64,000 nt of DNA from Patescibacteria group bacterium (GTDB lineage: Bacteria > Acidobacteriota > Aminicenantia > UBA2199), in NCBI GenBank assembly GCA_035528155.1, contig DATKZA010000035.1:5840-69839 (forward strand). Direction: 5' to 3'. Position numbers and translations under genes: made by a program. This document shows positions 28,106 through 38,385 of this stretch, piece by piece. Numbering within the stretch: position 1 is the first letter of the stretch; each line of letters opens with the position of its first letter. A model generated the notes under the pieces. It did not search any database and was not told the origin of the DNA. It was given only the letters and a program-made list of their open reading frames with translations.

Positions 28106-30705
28106 TTGCTGACGATGCTGAGCATCTTGTTTTTGACAAAAATCATTTTCACGATCTGGCGTCCGGCGAGCAATTGCTTGATTTTCTCGCATTTCATGGC
28201 CTCCCTTTTCACCTCTTCCTCGTCGCAATCGAGGGCGACGCAGATCTTGTCCTTGATCTTGCCGTTTACCTGGATCATGATGTTGACCTTTTCGGCTGCG
28301 GCCACGGCCGGGTCGAAGCTGGGCCACGGGGCCCGGTAGACAGTTTCGCTCCGGCCCAACTGCTGCCAGATCTCCTCGCCCAGGTGGGGGGCGAAGGGGG
28401 CCATCAACAGGGTCAGCGTCTCGGCCAGCTCGGAAACGACGGCCGGATTGAGGTTTTCAGGAAGGGCTTCCCTCTGCGGCGGAGCATACGAAAAGATCTC
28501 GTTCAAAAGCTCCATGATGGCGGCCACGGCTGTGTTGAACTGGAAGGTCTCGATCTGCTCGCCCACCTTGCGCACCGTCTGGTGCAGTTTGCGGCGCACG
28601 TCGCGCTCCGCCGCTGACATTTCCGCCGGCAGGGCCTGCCGCCATTCGCGGTTATAAAGCGGCAGCGCGGCCTGCAGCCAGCGCCAGACGCGGGTGACGA
28701 AACGGAACGAACCGTGGATCCCCTCCTCGCTCCAGTGGACGTCGTCCTCGAACGGCGCCACGAACATCTCGTAGACGCGCAGCGTGTCGGCTCCATAGCG
28801 TTCGGCGATGTCGTCAGGGGTGACGACGTTGCCCTTTGACTTGGACATGCGCGTCCAGCGCCAGACGATCTGGTCGGCGGCAACCTTTTCGCGCTCGTCA
28901 TGCTTGAGCACGATCCAGTCGACGATCCTCTCGTCGCTGCCGCCGTTCTCCTCTTGCGGCCGCGGCCGGCGCCCAGGGGTCAGGGCCAGCAGCGAGCCCT
29001 GGTTGCGCAGCGTCAGGAAAGGCTCCTCGAAGTCCAGCAGCCCCTCGTCAAACAGCACCTTGGTCCAGAAGCGGGCATAAAGCAGATGGGAACGGGCATG
29101 TTCGATGCCCCCGGTATACAGATCCACCGGCAGCCAGTAATCCAGGGCCGGTCGTGATGCGAAAACCTTGTCGTTGCCGACGTCGGCGAAACGGAGGAAG
29201 TACCAGGACGAACAGGCATAACCGCCCATGGTGTCGGTCTCGCGGCGGGCCGCTCCGCCGCAGGCCGGGCAGACGGTGTGCACGAACGCGGGAATGGTGG
29301 CCAGGGGCGACTCGCCGGTGCCGGAGGGCTGGTAATTTTCCACGTCGGGAAGCAGGATCGGGAGCTGCGCTTCCGGTACCGGCACCTCGCCGCAAACCGG
29401 GCAATGGACGATGGGGATCGGCGCCCCCCAATAGCGTTGACGGGAAATCAGCCAGTCATGAAGCCGGTAGTTGATCGTCGGGCGGCCCAGCCTCTTTTCT
29501 TCCAGCCAGCGGCCGATCGCTTCCTTGAATTCGCTTGTGGACAAGCCATTCCACTGGCCGGAATTGACGGCGATCCCCTCCGTTGCTTCTGCGGACTTGA
29601 GATCATAGGTGGAACCGTCGCCGCTGACCACCTGCACGACGGGCAGGCCGAATTTCCTGGCGAATTCAAAATCCCGCTCGTCATGGCCCGGCACGCACAT
29701 GATGGCGCCGGTGCCGTAGCCCATCAACACATAATCGGCGATCCAGACCGGGATTTTTTCACTGTTGACCGGGTTGATGGCGTAGGAACCGGTGAACACG
29801 CCGGTCTTGGCCCGGGCGACATTCAGGCGGTCGATCTCCGATTCGCCTTGGGCCTTGCGGATATAGGCCTCCACTTCGCCGCGTTGCTTGGCAGCGGTGA
29901 TTTCTGCCAGCAGCGGGTGTTCCGGGGCCAGCACCATGAAAGTGGCGCCGAACAGGGTGTCGGGCCGGGTGGTGAAGACACGGATGACCTGGCTGGAGCC
30001 GGCCAGGGCGAAATCAACCTCCGCCCCCTCGCTGCGGCCGATCCAATCGCGCTGCATCTCCTTCATCCCTTCCGACCAGTTGAGCTTTTCCAGGTCGGCC
30101 AGCAGGCGGTCGGCATAAGAGGTGATGCGGAAGAACCATTGAGGCATCGGCTTCTTCTCCACCGGGGTATCGCAGCGCCAGCAGCGGCCGTCCTTGACCT
30201 CCTCGTTGGCCAGGCCGGTCTTGCAGGAGGGGCACCAGTTGATGGGCGCGGTGGCCCGATAGGCCAGCCCCTTGCGATGGAGCAACAGGAATATCCACTG
30301 CGTCCACTTGTAGTACTCGGGAAGGCTGGAATTGATTTCGCGCTGCCAATCATAAGAGCAGCCGGTTTTGATCAAGGTTTCGCGGTAAGTGGCCGCGTAT
30401 TCGGGCACCATCTCGCGCGGATTGCGGCCGCGGCGAATGGCCTCGTTCTCGGCTGGCTGCCCGAAGGCATCCCAGCCCATGGGGTGCAGCACATTGTAGC
30501 CTTGCATGCTCTTGAAGCGGCAGAAGGCATCGGTGGGCACGTAATTCTTGAGATGCCCGACGTGGAGTCCTGAACCGGAAGGGTAGGGAAACATTTCCAG
30601 GCAATAATACTTTTTCTTCTGCTCGTCAAGAATGGTGCGGAAAGTCTGCTCTTGCTGCCAGATCCGCTGCCACTTGGCTTCGATTTCCGTGAAGTTGTAG
30701 TTCAT
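28102..30705 (-). CDS. leuS: leucyl-tRNA synthetase
   Basis: HVGHL (HIGH) and KMSKS motifs and the editing domain; 867 aa. Confidence 0.95.
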   Translation of the reverse strand: MNYNFTEIEAKWQRIWQQEQTFRTILDEQKKKYYCLEMFPYPSGSGLHVGHLKNYVPTDAFCRFKSMQGYNVLHPMGWDAFGQPAENEAIRRGRNPREMVPEYAATYRETLIKTGCSYDWQREINSSLPEYYKWTQWIFLLLHRKGLAYRATAPINWCPSCKTGLANEEVKDGRCWRCDTPVEKKPMPQWFFRITSYADRLLADLEKLNWSEGMKEMQRDWIGRSEGAEVDFALAGSSQVIRVFTTRPDTLFGATFMVLAPEHPLLAEITAAKQRGEVEAYIRKAQGESEIDRLNVARAKTGVFTGSYAINPVNSEKIPVWIADYVLMGYGTGAIMCVPGHDERDFEFARKFGLPVVQVVSGDGSTYDLKSAEATEGIAVNSGQWNGLSTSEFKEAIGRWLEEKRLGRPTINYRLHDWLISRQRYWGAPIPIVHCPVCGEVPVPEAQLPILLPDVENYQPSGTGESPLATIPAFVHTVCPACGGAARRETDTMGGYACSSWYFLRFADVGNDKVFASRPALDYWLPVDLYTGGIEHARSHLLYARFWTKVLFDEGLLDFEEPFLTLRNQGSLLALTPGRRPRPQEENGGSDERIVDWIVLKHDEREKVAADQIVWRWTRMSKSKGNVVTPDDIAERYGADTLRVYEMFVAPFEDDVHWSEEGIHGSFRFVTRVWRWLQAALPLYNREWRQALPAEMSAAERDVRRKLHQTVRKVGEQIETFQFNTAVAAIMELLNEIFSYAPPQREALPENLNPAVVSELAETLTLLMAPFAPHLGEEIWQQLGRSETVYRAPWPSFDPAVAAAEKVNIMIQVNGKIKDKICVALDCDEEEVKREAMKCEKIKQLLAGRQIVKMIFVKNKMLSIVSK

Positions 30706-30912
30706 TTCTTTTCCTTGACCGCTTGGCGATTTTCAATTATACTTGAAAAAGACCGGCAGGACAACGGCGGCTGCCTATTTTTTCAAGGCAGTTTCGGAAA
30801 AATCGCGGTTTAAACCAAAAGCGATCCTTTCCGTATAATTGTTTTCAGGAGTAGGGATGAAAAATTTGCAGGATGGTTAACACTTGAGGGAAGAAAAGTC
30901 GAGGAAGGCAAA

Positions 30913-31605
30913 ATGAACGAATTTTACAATGATTTTATCGGCGTTATCGGCAGTCCCGCTCAAACCATCGGCAAAGTAATGGAGAAAAAACGCTGGCAGG
31001 GCGTGTTGGCCGTCATTCTGCTGCTGACCGCCATCACCACATTTCTTACCTATCCCATCACCAAGGTCGAACAGGCTAAGTTCATCCGTGATTCGGAAAT
31101 GGCAGACAAATTGAGCGAAGAACAATTGGCCAATTTAGACAAATTCACTCCCAGCCAACGCCTGACCGGTGCCATGTTTTCACTTGTTTTCGTCGGATTG
31201 ATGATCGTGCTGGCCGCTTTTTTCATCTATCTTTTTTTCAAGGTCGCCGGCAGCGAAGGAAATTATGTTCACTATTTTTCCGGAGTGGTGCATGCATCCA
31301 TTTTGGACATGTTCCTGGGCGGGATACTGAAATCGTCGCTGATCTTGATGAAAAAAACCATGCTGGTTCATACCGGGTTGACCATGTTTTTCCCGGGGAT
31401 GGAGTTCCGCAGTTTGCCTTATATTGTTCTTTCCCAGTTCGATTTCTTTTCCATCTGGTATCTCGTGGCCCTGGCCTTGGGCATCGCCGTTTTTGCAAAG
31501 ATCAGCGCCCAAAAAAGTATTTCCATCGCAGTGATGTATTTTCTTTTTAAAAGTCTGGTTTTTGTCTCATTTTCCTATTTCAGCATAAAATTATTGGGCA
31601 TGTAA
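30913..31605 (+). CDS. Yip1-domain/DUF1282-like integral membrane protein
   Basis: Five hydrophobic helices; N-terminal soluble region. Confidence 0.5.
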   Translation: MNEFYNDFIGVIGSPAQTIGKVMEKKRWQGVLAVILLLTAITTFLTYPITKVEQAKFIRDSEMADKLSEEQLANLDKFTPSQRLTGAMFSLVFVGLMIVLAAFFIYLFFKVAGSEGNYVHYFSGVVHASILDMFLGGILKSSLILMKKTMLVHTGLTMFFPGMEFRSLPYIVLSQFDFFSIWYLVALALGIAVFAKISAQKSISIAVMYFLFKSLVFVSFSYFSIKLLGM

Positions 31606-31755
31606 ACCGGGCTTTCATTTGTTGAAACTTCAGGTCCGCATTTCTGCCATAAACGCCAAAACACTTGACAATTCATTATTTTTCATATATTAATTCCAGT
31701 GTAATGGGAAAAATATTCGCATCCTGGCCATTTTTCTGAAACAGGGGAGAAAAAA

Positions 31756-33027
31756 ATGAAGAAACTGCTTTTTCTTATCATTTTTGTTTTTTTGGCGGCG
31801 GCCTTGATCGGCAGCGCTGAAGAGAGCAAAAGAATATTAAATATGCAGAAAGCGTATGTCTTTTTGCAGGAATCCTTGTTGATATCGGAAACGGATTTGA
31901 ATTGTTCATACTTCATCAAAGACGATGTGCCGCAGGATATCAGAATCGTTGGCAAAAACTCATTGACTCCCGAACGCAGGGAATTTTCCGACCATGATGA
32001 GTTGGTGATCAACAAAGGTTCCCAGGACGGGCTTAAAGAGGGAGACCTGCTCCTGATCATAAGCAAAGGCCGGGTCATCCGTCACCCCCGCAACCATGAC
32101 CGTTTGGGCCTGTATTTCCTGAAGAAATCGCTGGCCGAGATTACTTGCATTTATGACAAGCAGGCCGTAATCCAGTTGCAGAAAGGATGCAACCCTGTCA
32201 ATATCGGTGATTTCGGCATTCTATACAAGCCGGAACAGACGGTGTTTGCCCAAAAAATTGATTACAAGCTCTGCCGGATCCCGGCCAACGCCGTCAGCGG
32301 CAATGTCGTCTTTTTCGATCTGGGCCTGGGCCAGCTCGGAGAAATTGCCGGCGAATCTCAATATGTGACGGTAGACCTGGGAGAAGGGGTGGTCGGCAAA
32401 GGAACTTTCCTGCTGATTTACCGCCAAGTGGTTTCTGATCTGCCGCCCTTGATTATAGGCCTTGGTATCGTGATTCACAGCGAGAACACCAATTCTACGG
32501 TGAAAATACTTGATTCCAGTTCGGATGTCAAGATCAACGACCGGATGTTGGTCCTGCCCAAAGAGTTAATAACTGTCCCCGGCAGCGCCGGGGAAAGGGA
32601 AAATATCCCGATCGTGGACACGTTGCAAATCGAGAGCGAGGAACCTGGACAGACTGAAGGGGAGCCGGGAGCCGAAGAAATGATCGCTGACCTGAAAGTG
32701 GACGTCTTGTTCGATTTTGACAGCAAGCAGCCCAGCGGTGATCATGCTGCCGATTTTACGGCCATTAAGGAGTTTGTCGCCGCCAAAAGCGAATACCTGA
32801 TCACTCTGCGCGGCTATACCTGCAGCATCGGCCGGGAAGAATACAACCTGCGCCTCTCCTCGCAACGGGTGGAAACAATCAAGAATATTTTGATCAGCCA
32901 GTATGGGATCGATGCCGCCCACATCGAGACGTTCTTTTACGGCGAAAAAGAACCCCAATTCGACAACAGCAGTGAAGCGGAGCGCAGGAAGAACCGGTTG
33001 GTGAAGATCGAGGTGAACGGAAAATGA
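31756..33027 (+). CDS. OmpA-family protein (signal peptide, N-terminal repeats, C-terminal OmpA peptidoglycan-binding domain)
   Basis: C-terminal ...ITLRGYTCSIGREEYNLRLSSQRVETIKNIL... is an OmpA_C-type motif. Confidence 0.75.
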   Translation: MKKLLFLIIFVFLAAALIGSAEESKRILNMQKAYVFLQESLLISETDLNCSYFIKDDVPQDIRIVGKNSLTPERREFSDHDELVINKGSQDGLKEGDLLLIISKGRVIRHPRNHDRLGLYFLKKSLAEITCIYDKQAVIQLQKGCNPVNIGDFGILYKPEQTVFAQKIDYKLCRIPANAVSGNVVFFDLGLGQLGEIAGESQYVTVDLGEGVVGKGTFLLIYRQVVSDLPPLIIGLGIVIHSENTNSTVKILDSSSDVKINDRMLVLPKELITVPGSAGERENIPIVDTLQIESEEPGQTEGEPGAEEMIADLKVDVLFDFDSKQPSGDHAADFTAIKEFVAAKSEYLITLRGYTCSIGREEYNLRLSSQRVETIKNILISQYGIDAAHIETFFYGEKEPQFDNSSEAERRKNRLVKIEVNGK

Positions 33028-33581
33028 AAATCGCCCTTTTTGCTTTGCTGGTTTGTTTCATAGGCGCCGGGTTGGCACCGGTATTCAGCAATGGTATTGA
33101 CCTGGTCGCAATGAAAAAGCAGGAGGAAGAGAGAAGAAAGAAAAACGCCAAGTCAAAACTGGCCGTTAATGACAGCAATATCAATTCGGTTTCCGTTGCC
33201 GGCAAAAAATATGGTTTTGTGCAGTTGGAATCCGACGAGCCCCTTGCCGACGAAGCGCTTGCGCCCTTGCCCGGGAAAGATAAAAAAGAAGATGTATCCA
33301 AGCAACCCGATTTTTGGAAAAAACAGCAGAGTGACCTGCAAGAGCGCATCGCCAAATTAAAGGAAGACATTGATCGTGAACAGTTGGATTTGAACAAGCT
33401 ATGGTCCGATTTCTATATCAAAAGTATCCAGGCTGAACAAGATGCCATCAAGGTCCAGATCTCACAACTGACCAATCAGATAGAGCAGAAAAAACTTTTC
33501 CTGAGCCAGTCCGAGACACAGCTGGAAGATCTTTACGAAAAAGCCCGCAAAGCCGGAGTCCCTCCCGGCTGGCTCAGATAA
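33024..33581 (+). CDS. secreted coiled-coil protein, unknown function
   Basis: 4-nt overlap with the OmpA-family gene; signal peptide; heptad-rich C-terminal half. Confidence 0.45.
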   Translation: MKIALFALLVCFIGAGLAPVFSNGIDLVAMKKQEEERRKKNAKSKLAVNDSNINSVSVAGKKYGFVQLESDEPLADEALAPLPGKDKKEDVSKQPDFWKKQQSDLQERIAKLKEDIDREQLDLNKLWSDFYIKSIQAEQDAIKVQISQLTNQIEQKKLFLSQSETQLEDLYEKARKAGVPPGWLR

Positions 33582-33680
33582 ACCGATTTATCCGCCGGCT
33601 CGGGTTTCATGGCAGGCCCTTTCTCCAAGCGCGCTTGCTGTTTGCAAAATCCCGATGGGGATGATAAGATACACACCGCC

Positions 33681-34622
33681 ATGGACTATTTAAAAGTGCA
33701 GGAACCGATTCTGCCGTTGCTCAGATCTACGGAAAAGGTCCTGGCCAGGCAACTGCGCAGCAAAGTCAACTTGATTTCTGAACTGCGTCAGCACACGCCG
33801 GTCGACAAGGGAAAAAAGATCCGCGCCGCGTTTTTTTTCCTGCTGGCCGGGATGAACCGCGTCGGCACTGAAGGGCTGCCGCAGATGGCGGCGGCCATTG
33901 AAATGCTTCATCTTTCCAGCCTGGTTCATGATGATATTGTGGACAATTCCGTCTGGCGCCGCGGCAAAAAAACAACCAATCACCATTTCGGCAATTATCT
34001 TTCCCTGCTCTGGGGTGATTTTCTATTCATTACCTCGTTGCGCATGATCTCTGCTCAAAATCGCAGCAGGAACATGGACATGATGCTGGACGCTTCCCGG
34101 CAGATGATCGAGGGACAGATCCTGGAATTTGCCAATAACTTCAATTACCGCATTCACTCCCGTACCTATTTTGACATCATTCGTAAAAAAACATCGTCCA
34201 TGTTCGCCGGCATTGCCCGGCTGGCAGCCCAATTGAATGACAAACCGGTGCGGGCAGCTGCCGATTTCTACCGTTTTGGCCAGGATTTCGGCATGATCTT
34301 TCAGATCAGCGACGATCTTCTGGATATCTTTTCCGACAGTGCCGGCAAAAGCCGTTTTCAGGATCTGCAAGAAGGCAAGGTGACCCTGCCCTATATCCTG
34401 TTGCTGCGCCACGACGCATTGCCGCTCATCAAGAATTTCCGCCGCTCCGGACCACAGCCGCTGCTGGAGCGCTGCCGGATCCTGGGCATCAAAGAGCAGT
34501 CGCTGCAGATCATCGATCGTTATTACAGAAAATGCGCCTCTTTTTTGGAATCGTTCCCTGCCTCTGCCCATCGCGAGTCAATGGCGAACTTGCTGGAGTT
34601 CATCCGCTACCGTGATTACTGA
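33681..34622 (+). CDS. polyprenyl-diphosphate synthase (IspB/octaprenyl-type trans-IPPS)
   Basis: First DDxxD (LVHDDIVDN) and second DDxxD (FQISDDLLD) motifs. The start was taken at the internal ATG (MDYLKV). Confidence 0.8.
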   Translation: MDYLKVQEPILPLLRSTEKVLARQLRSKVNLISELRQHTPVDKGKKIRAAFFFLLAGMNRVGTEGLPQMAAAIEMLHLSSLVHDDIVDNSVWRRGKKTTNHHFGNYLSLLWGDFLFITSLRMISAQNRSRNMDMMLDASRQMIEGQILEFANNFNYRIHSRTYFDIIRKKTSSMFAGIARLAAQLNDKPVRAAADFYRFGQDFGMIFQISDDLLDIFSDSAGKSRFQDLQEGKVTLPYILLLRHDALPLIKNFRRSGPQPLLERCRILGIKEQSLQIIDRYYRKCASFLESFPASAHRESMANLLEFIRYRDY

Positions 34623-35160
34623 AAACCCGGTTGAAATAGAGGTGAAAATTAAGGTCGAGCGCCTGGAACCATGGCGTGAAAAACTCATGCGCCTGGAGGC
34701 GGTGCTGGAGTGTCCCCGGGTTTTGGAAAGAAATCTGGTCTTCGACACCTCCCGTCAGCGCTTGAAGAAACGGGGCATTCTCCTGCGCTTGCGCCGGCTG
34801 GATACCGGAAGCATTTTGACCATGAAAAAGCCGGTGCAAATAAGCTCCCTATATAAAATCCGCGAGGAGATCGAGGCCGAGGTTTCCGATTTCACCAATA
34901 TGGAAAAGATCCTGCTGGGCGTCGGTTTTAAAACTTTTTTTGTTTATGAAAAATACCGGGAAGTGTTCAAAAAAAAAGGCATCCGTGTCATGCTCGACGA
35001 GACGCCGATCGGAAATTTCCTGGAAATCGAGGGCGAACCGGCCGCCATTGACGCCATGGCCGCGGAGTTCGGGTTCTCTGCAAAGGATTATATTACTGAT
35101 TCCTATCACCAGCTTTTTCTCCTCAGCGGCCGTTCCGGCAACATGGAATTTCAAGAGTGA
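34612..35160 (+). CDS. CYTH-domain protein (class IV adenylyl cyclase / triphosphate tunnel metalloenzyme-like)
   Basis: N-terminal EIEVKIKVE, typical of CYTH. The GTG start overlaps the ispB-like stop; an alternative ATG lies about 75 nt downstream. Confidence 0.6.
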   Translation: MITENPVEIEVKIKVERLEPWREKLMRLEAVLECPRVLERNLVFDTSRQRLKKRGILLRLRRLDTGSILTMKKPVQISSLYKIREEIEAEVSDFTNMEKILLGVGFKTFFVYEKYREVFKKKGIRVMLDETPIGNFLEIEGEPAAIDAMAAEFGFSAKDYITDSYHQLFLLSGRSGNMEFQE

Positions 35161-36008
35161 AATTTTTCATCCTGGCCGGCGGTTACGGCCATAGGGCCGA
35201 GCCGCTCTCACTGATCAAGCCGAAGCCGGTTTTTCCCCTGAACGGAGTGCCGGTGCTCACTTTGCTGCTGCAGCAATTGCGCGCCCAGGATTGGTTGGAG
35301 GGATTCATCAACCTGCATCACCTGGGCGAGCAGGTGGTCGCGGCGGCTGACGGCTACGGTATTCACTTCATCCGCGAAAAAGAGTTGAGCGGCAGCCGCG
35401 TGCTGAAGCAGGCGCTGCCTTTCTTTACAGATTGGCTGCTGGCGCTCAATGGTGACACTTTTCTGGAAATTCCCCTGACCGGGCTATTGAAAAAAACGGC
35501 GGCAACGGACGTGGACGGCGTCCTGCTGTTGCGCCCGGACCATACGGGCCACTATGCCGGACTGCGCGTCGATGCTGACGGTTTTCTGGAGAGCGACGGT
35601 CCGCAGCCCGGATCGGGATTGATGTATGCCGGCGTGGCCCTGTTCAGGAAAAAAGCGGTTGAAAAAATAGACGAAGCCAACTTTTTCAAAAGCATTCAAA
35701 AAAATCGCCTGCGCTTCCAAACAGTTTTTTATGACGGGATCTGGCTGGATGTGGGCACCCCGGAACTGTATTTTTGTGCCAATTGGAAATACCAGACAGA
35801 TTGCTCGGATCCGCAGCCCAATGCTTTTTCGGAAAATGTCGAGATTTCACCGGCTTCCCGGGTGGAAAAATCGGTGCTCTGGGAAAATACCCGCATCGGC
35901 CCAGGTGTTCATCTATCGGAGTGTATCGTGACCGGAAACCTGCGGCTGGAAAACACCAGTCACAACGGGCAGATCATTTCCCAACAGGGAGTTTTTCCCC
36001 TGTTTTGA
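35157..36008 (+). CDS. sugar-phosphate nucleotidyltransferase (NTP_transferase family)
   Basis: N-terminal FILAGGYGHRAEPLSLIKPKPVFPL (G-x-G-x-R motif); GTG start overlapping the CYTH stop. Confidence 0.7.
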   Translation: MKFFILAGGYGHRAEPLSLIKPKPVFPLNGVPVLTLLLQQLRAQDWLEGFINLHHLGEQVVAAADGYGIHFIREKELSGSRVLKQALPFFTDWLLALNGDTFLEIPLTGLLKKTAATDVDGVLLLRPDHTGHYAGLRVDADGFLESDGPQPGSGLMYAGVALFRKKAVEKIDEANFFKSIQKNRLRFQTVFYDGIWLDVGTPELYFCANWKYQTDCSDPQPNAFSENVEISPASRVEKSVLWENTRIGPGVHLSECIVTGNLRLENTSHNGQIISQQGVFPLF

Positions 36009-36080
36009 ATTCGGCAGGGAAATTTTTCCGGCCTCTTGTTTTTTGTCGGGAAACAGTTTACTATTGTAGCGGGAGTCAAC

Positions 36081-36635
36081 ATGAAGGACATCAATTTATT
36101 GCTTGAAAAATTCAAGATGATCACCGGTGACGGCCATTCGGATACGACTTTCAAATCGGTCATCCACGATATCGCCAAGTTTTACTGTGACAATTTCGAT
36201 CTGGAAGCCGACGAAGTAGCCATATTGCTTACCGACAAGGACAATATGGTGCTGTCTTTCGCCTACCCCAAGCACCTAGTCAACGCCGGCATGATCCCGA
36301 TCTCCTCCCCCGACGCCTTCGCGGCCCGGGTCTTCAAGATGAACCGGGGGCTGATCGAGAACAATTTCAACCAGATGAAGCACCTGCATCTTTTTGAATT
36401 CATCAAAGGGCCCGGCGAAAAGATCCGCAAAATATGGAAGATGATGAGCACGGTCCTGCGCGTCGACGACCTCAATTTCGGCATCATTGAACTTTCCCGC
36501 AAAGGGGCGGATATGGAGGAAGCGGGGGAGGATTTCAGCCCGGAAAATCTGGAATTTTTGGAAGACACCATCGTCGAGATCACTCCTTATTTGCGCAAGG
36601 TCCTGCCGGGCGACTTCAGGGGAAAGCTCGTTTGA
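36081..36635 (+). CDS. GAF-domain protein
   Basis: Size and pattern fit a single GAF fold. Start taken at the ATG (MKDINLL). Confidence 0.5.
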   Translation: MKDINLLLEKFKMITGDGHSDTTFKSVIHDIAKFYCDNFDLEADEVAILLTDKDNMVLSFAYPKHLVNAGMIPISSPDAFAARVFKMNRGLIENNFNQMKHLHLFEFIKGPGEKIRKIWKMMSTVLRVDDLNFGIIELSRKGADMEEAGEDFSPENLEFLEDTIVEITPYLRKVLPGDFRGKLV

Positions 36636-37165
36636 AAGACCGCCTGCGCGAGATCCTGCTGGATAAATCGGTGGTCAGAGGCCGGGAATTCAAGCTGGCT
36701 TCAGGGAAAATCAGCGATTTTTACGTCGACGCCCGGGTGACCACCCTGGACGCCGAAGGGGCGGCCCTCTGCGGCAGGCTCTTTTTGGATATGCTGTCCG
36801 CTTTTGCAGTGGACGCGGTGGGCGGCTATTCGATCGGCGCCGACCCCATCGTTGCGGCCATCGCCGTCAGCAGTTACCTTGAGAAAAAGCCGCTACCGGC
36901 CTTCATCATCCGCAAGGAAGAGAAATCGCACGGTACGCGCAAGATGATCGAGGGCAATTTCCGTTCCGGCATGCGCGTAGCCCTTTTCGACGACGTGATC
37001 ACCTCTGGCGGCTCGATCATCAAGGGCGCCAGGCAGGTCGAGGCCGAGGGCGGCAAGGTTGAGGTGATCATGGCCGTCCTCGACCGCCAGGAAGGCGGCC
37101 GCGAAACGATCGAATCCCACGGCTACCGCTTTATGTCCATTTTTACCAAAAAAGACCTGTTGTAA
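36632..37165 (+). CDS. pyrE: orotate phosphoribosyltransferase
   Basis: PRPP-binding motif VALFDDVITSGGSI; about 177 aa; TTG start overlapping the GAF stop. Confidence 0.85.
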   Translation: MKDRLREILLDKSVVRGREFKLASGKISDFYVDARVTTLDAEGAALCGRLFLDMLSAFAVDAVGGYSIGADPIVAAIAVSSYLEKKPLPAFIIRKEEKSHGTRKMIEGNFRSGMRVALFDDVITSGGSIIKGARQVEAEGGKVEVIMAVLDRQEGGRETIESHGYRFMSIFTKKDLL

Positions 37166-37289
37166 GTATGTAAACGCGGTTTGCTCTCCTTGGGGACGGA
37201 CCTTGCCTTATCCCATTGACCTGCATGGTAGAATAGAGTTGTCATGGAGATGGGATGAACCGCTTTGGCTGCAGGTAAAGTGAATAGAC

Positions 37290-38231
37290 ATGAGACAGAT
37301 TTGGATTTTTGATCAGGCAAAGCAGGCCCAAGCCTGCAGTGATTTCATTACCAGCCGGGATATCGCCAATACCCTGCTGGCCGGTGATGGCGATGCGCAG
37401 GAATTATGGATTCGTGAAGAAGCCGACCTGCCCAAGGCCCGGGAACTGCTGCGGGAATATCTGGCCGATCCGCAGACGGAGCGCTTTCAGCAGGCAGCCA
37501 TAGAGGGCCGGCGGCGCAAAAAAGAGCAGGAAAGCAAAGCGCGGCAGCCCGGCACCATCCTCGACGTCCGCACCACGATTTTCAATCGCTCCGCTGCCGT
37601 TTCCCGCGGTGCCGTGACCCTCATGCTGATTGTGGTCTGCGCAGCTGTTTTTGTCTTTTCCAAGCTTGGGGAAGATCTGTTTTACCTGCGACCGTTCCTG
37701 ATCAGCGGCACGCGGGTTGTGCCGGACCAGGGCATGGTCTGGATTCCCTTGTGGGAGTCACTGAAAAACGGTGAGTTGTGGCGATTATTCTCCCCCATGT
37801 TTATCCATTTTGGGTTCATGCATATCCTCTTCAACATGATGTGGCTGCTCGACCTGGGCAGCATGGTGGAGCAGCGCCGGGGCAGTTTCTTCCTGATTTT
37901 TTTCATTGCCGTGATCTCCGCCTCCAGCAACCTGGCCCAATATTTCTTTGGCAACCCTTTGTTTGGCGGCATGTCGGGAGTGAACTATGGGCTGGTGGGC
38001 TACATCTGGATGAAAGGAAAATACGACCCCGGTTCCGGTCTAGGGCTGCACAAAAACACCATTCTCATGATGGTCGGCTGGTACCTGGCCTGCCTGGTAG
38101 GGATCATCCCCCATGTGGCCAATGCCGCCCACACTGTAGGCTTTGCCGGCGGCCTGGCCTGGGGGTTTCTCACCTCGCTGAAATTCCGGCAAATACTGGC
38201 CCGCATTACTCATAAAAAAAACAACGAATAA
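37290..38231 (+). CDS. rhomboid-family intramembrane serine protease with N-terminal cytoplasmic extension
   Basis: Catalytic GGMSGVNYG (GxSG) and a downstream His (AAHTVGFAGG) in TM helices. Confidence 0.75.
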   Translation: MRQIWIFDQAKQAQACSDFITSRDIANTLLAGDGDAQELWIREEADLPKARELLREYLADPQTERFQQAAIEGRRRKKEQESKARQPGTILDVRTTIFNRSAAVSRGAVTLMLIVVCAAVFVFSKLGEDLFYLRPFLISGTRVVPDQGMVWIPLWESLKNGELWRLFSPMFIHFGFMHILFNMMWLLDLGSMVEQRRGSFFLIFFIAVISASSNLAQYFFGNPLFGGMSGVNYGLVGYIWMKGKYDPGSGLGLHKNTILMMVGWYLACLVGIIPHVANAAHTVGFAGGLAWGFLTSLKFRQILARITHKKNNE

Positions 38232-38385
38232 GGGAAGCCAGGATCGAAATGATTGCGGGCCAAAGGTTTCAAGGGTGCTCACGAAAGTTGGCAGGCGATT
38301 GCAAAAAGCCCGTAACTTGCTATGATACCGGCAGAGGACGATTCTTGGAAGGTTCTGTTATCTTTGCTTTAATTAGGAGGTATTG

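Noticed and set aside
29278-30573. 431-aa plus-strand ORF antisense to leuS
   Set aside because: Shadow ORF; leuS HIGH and KMSKS motifs are on the minus strand.
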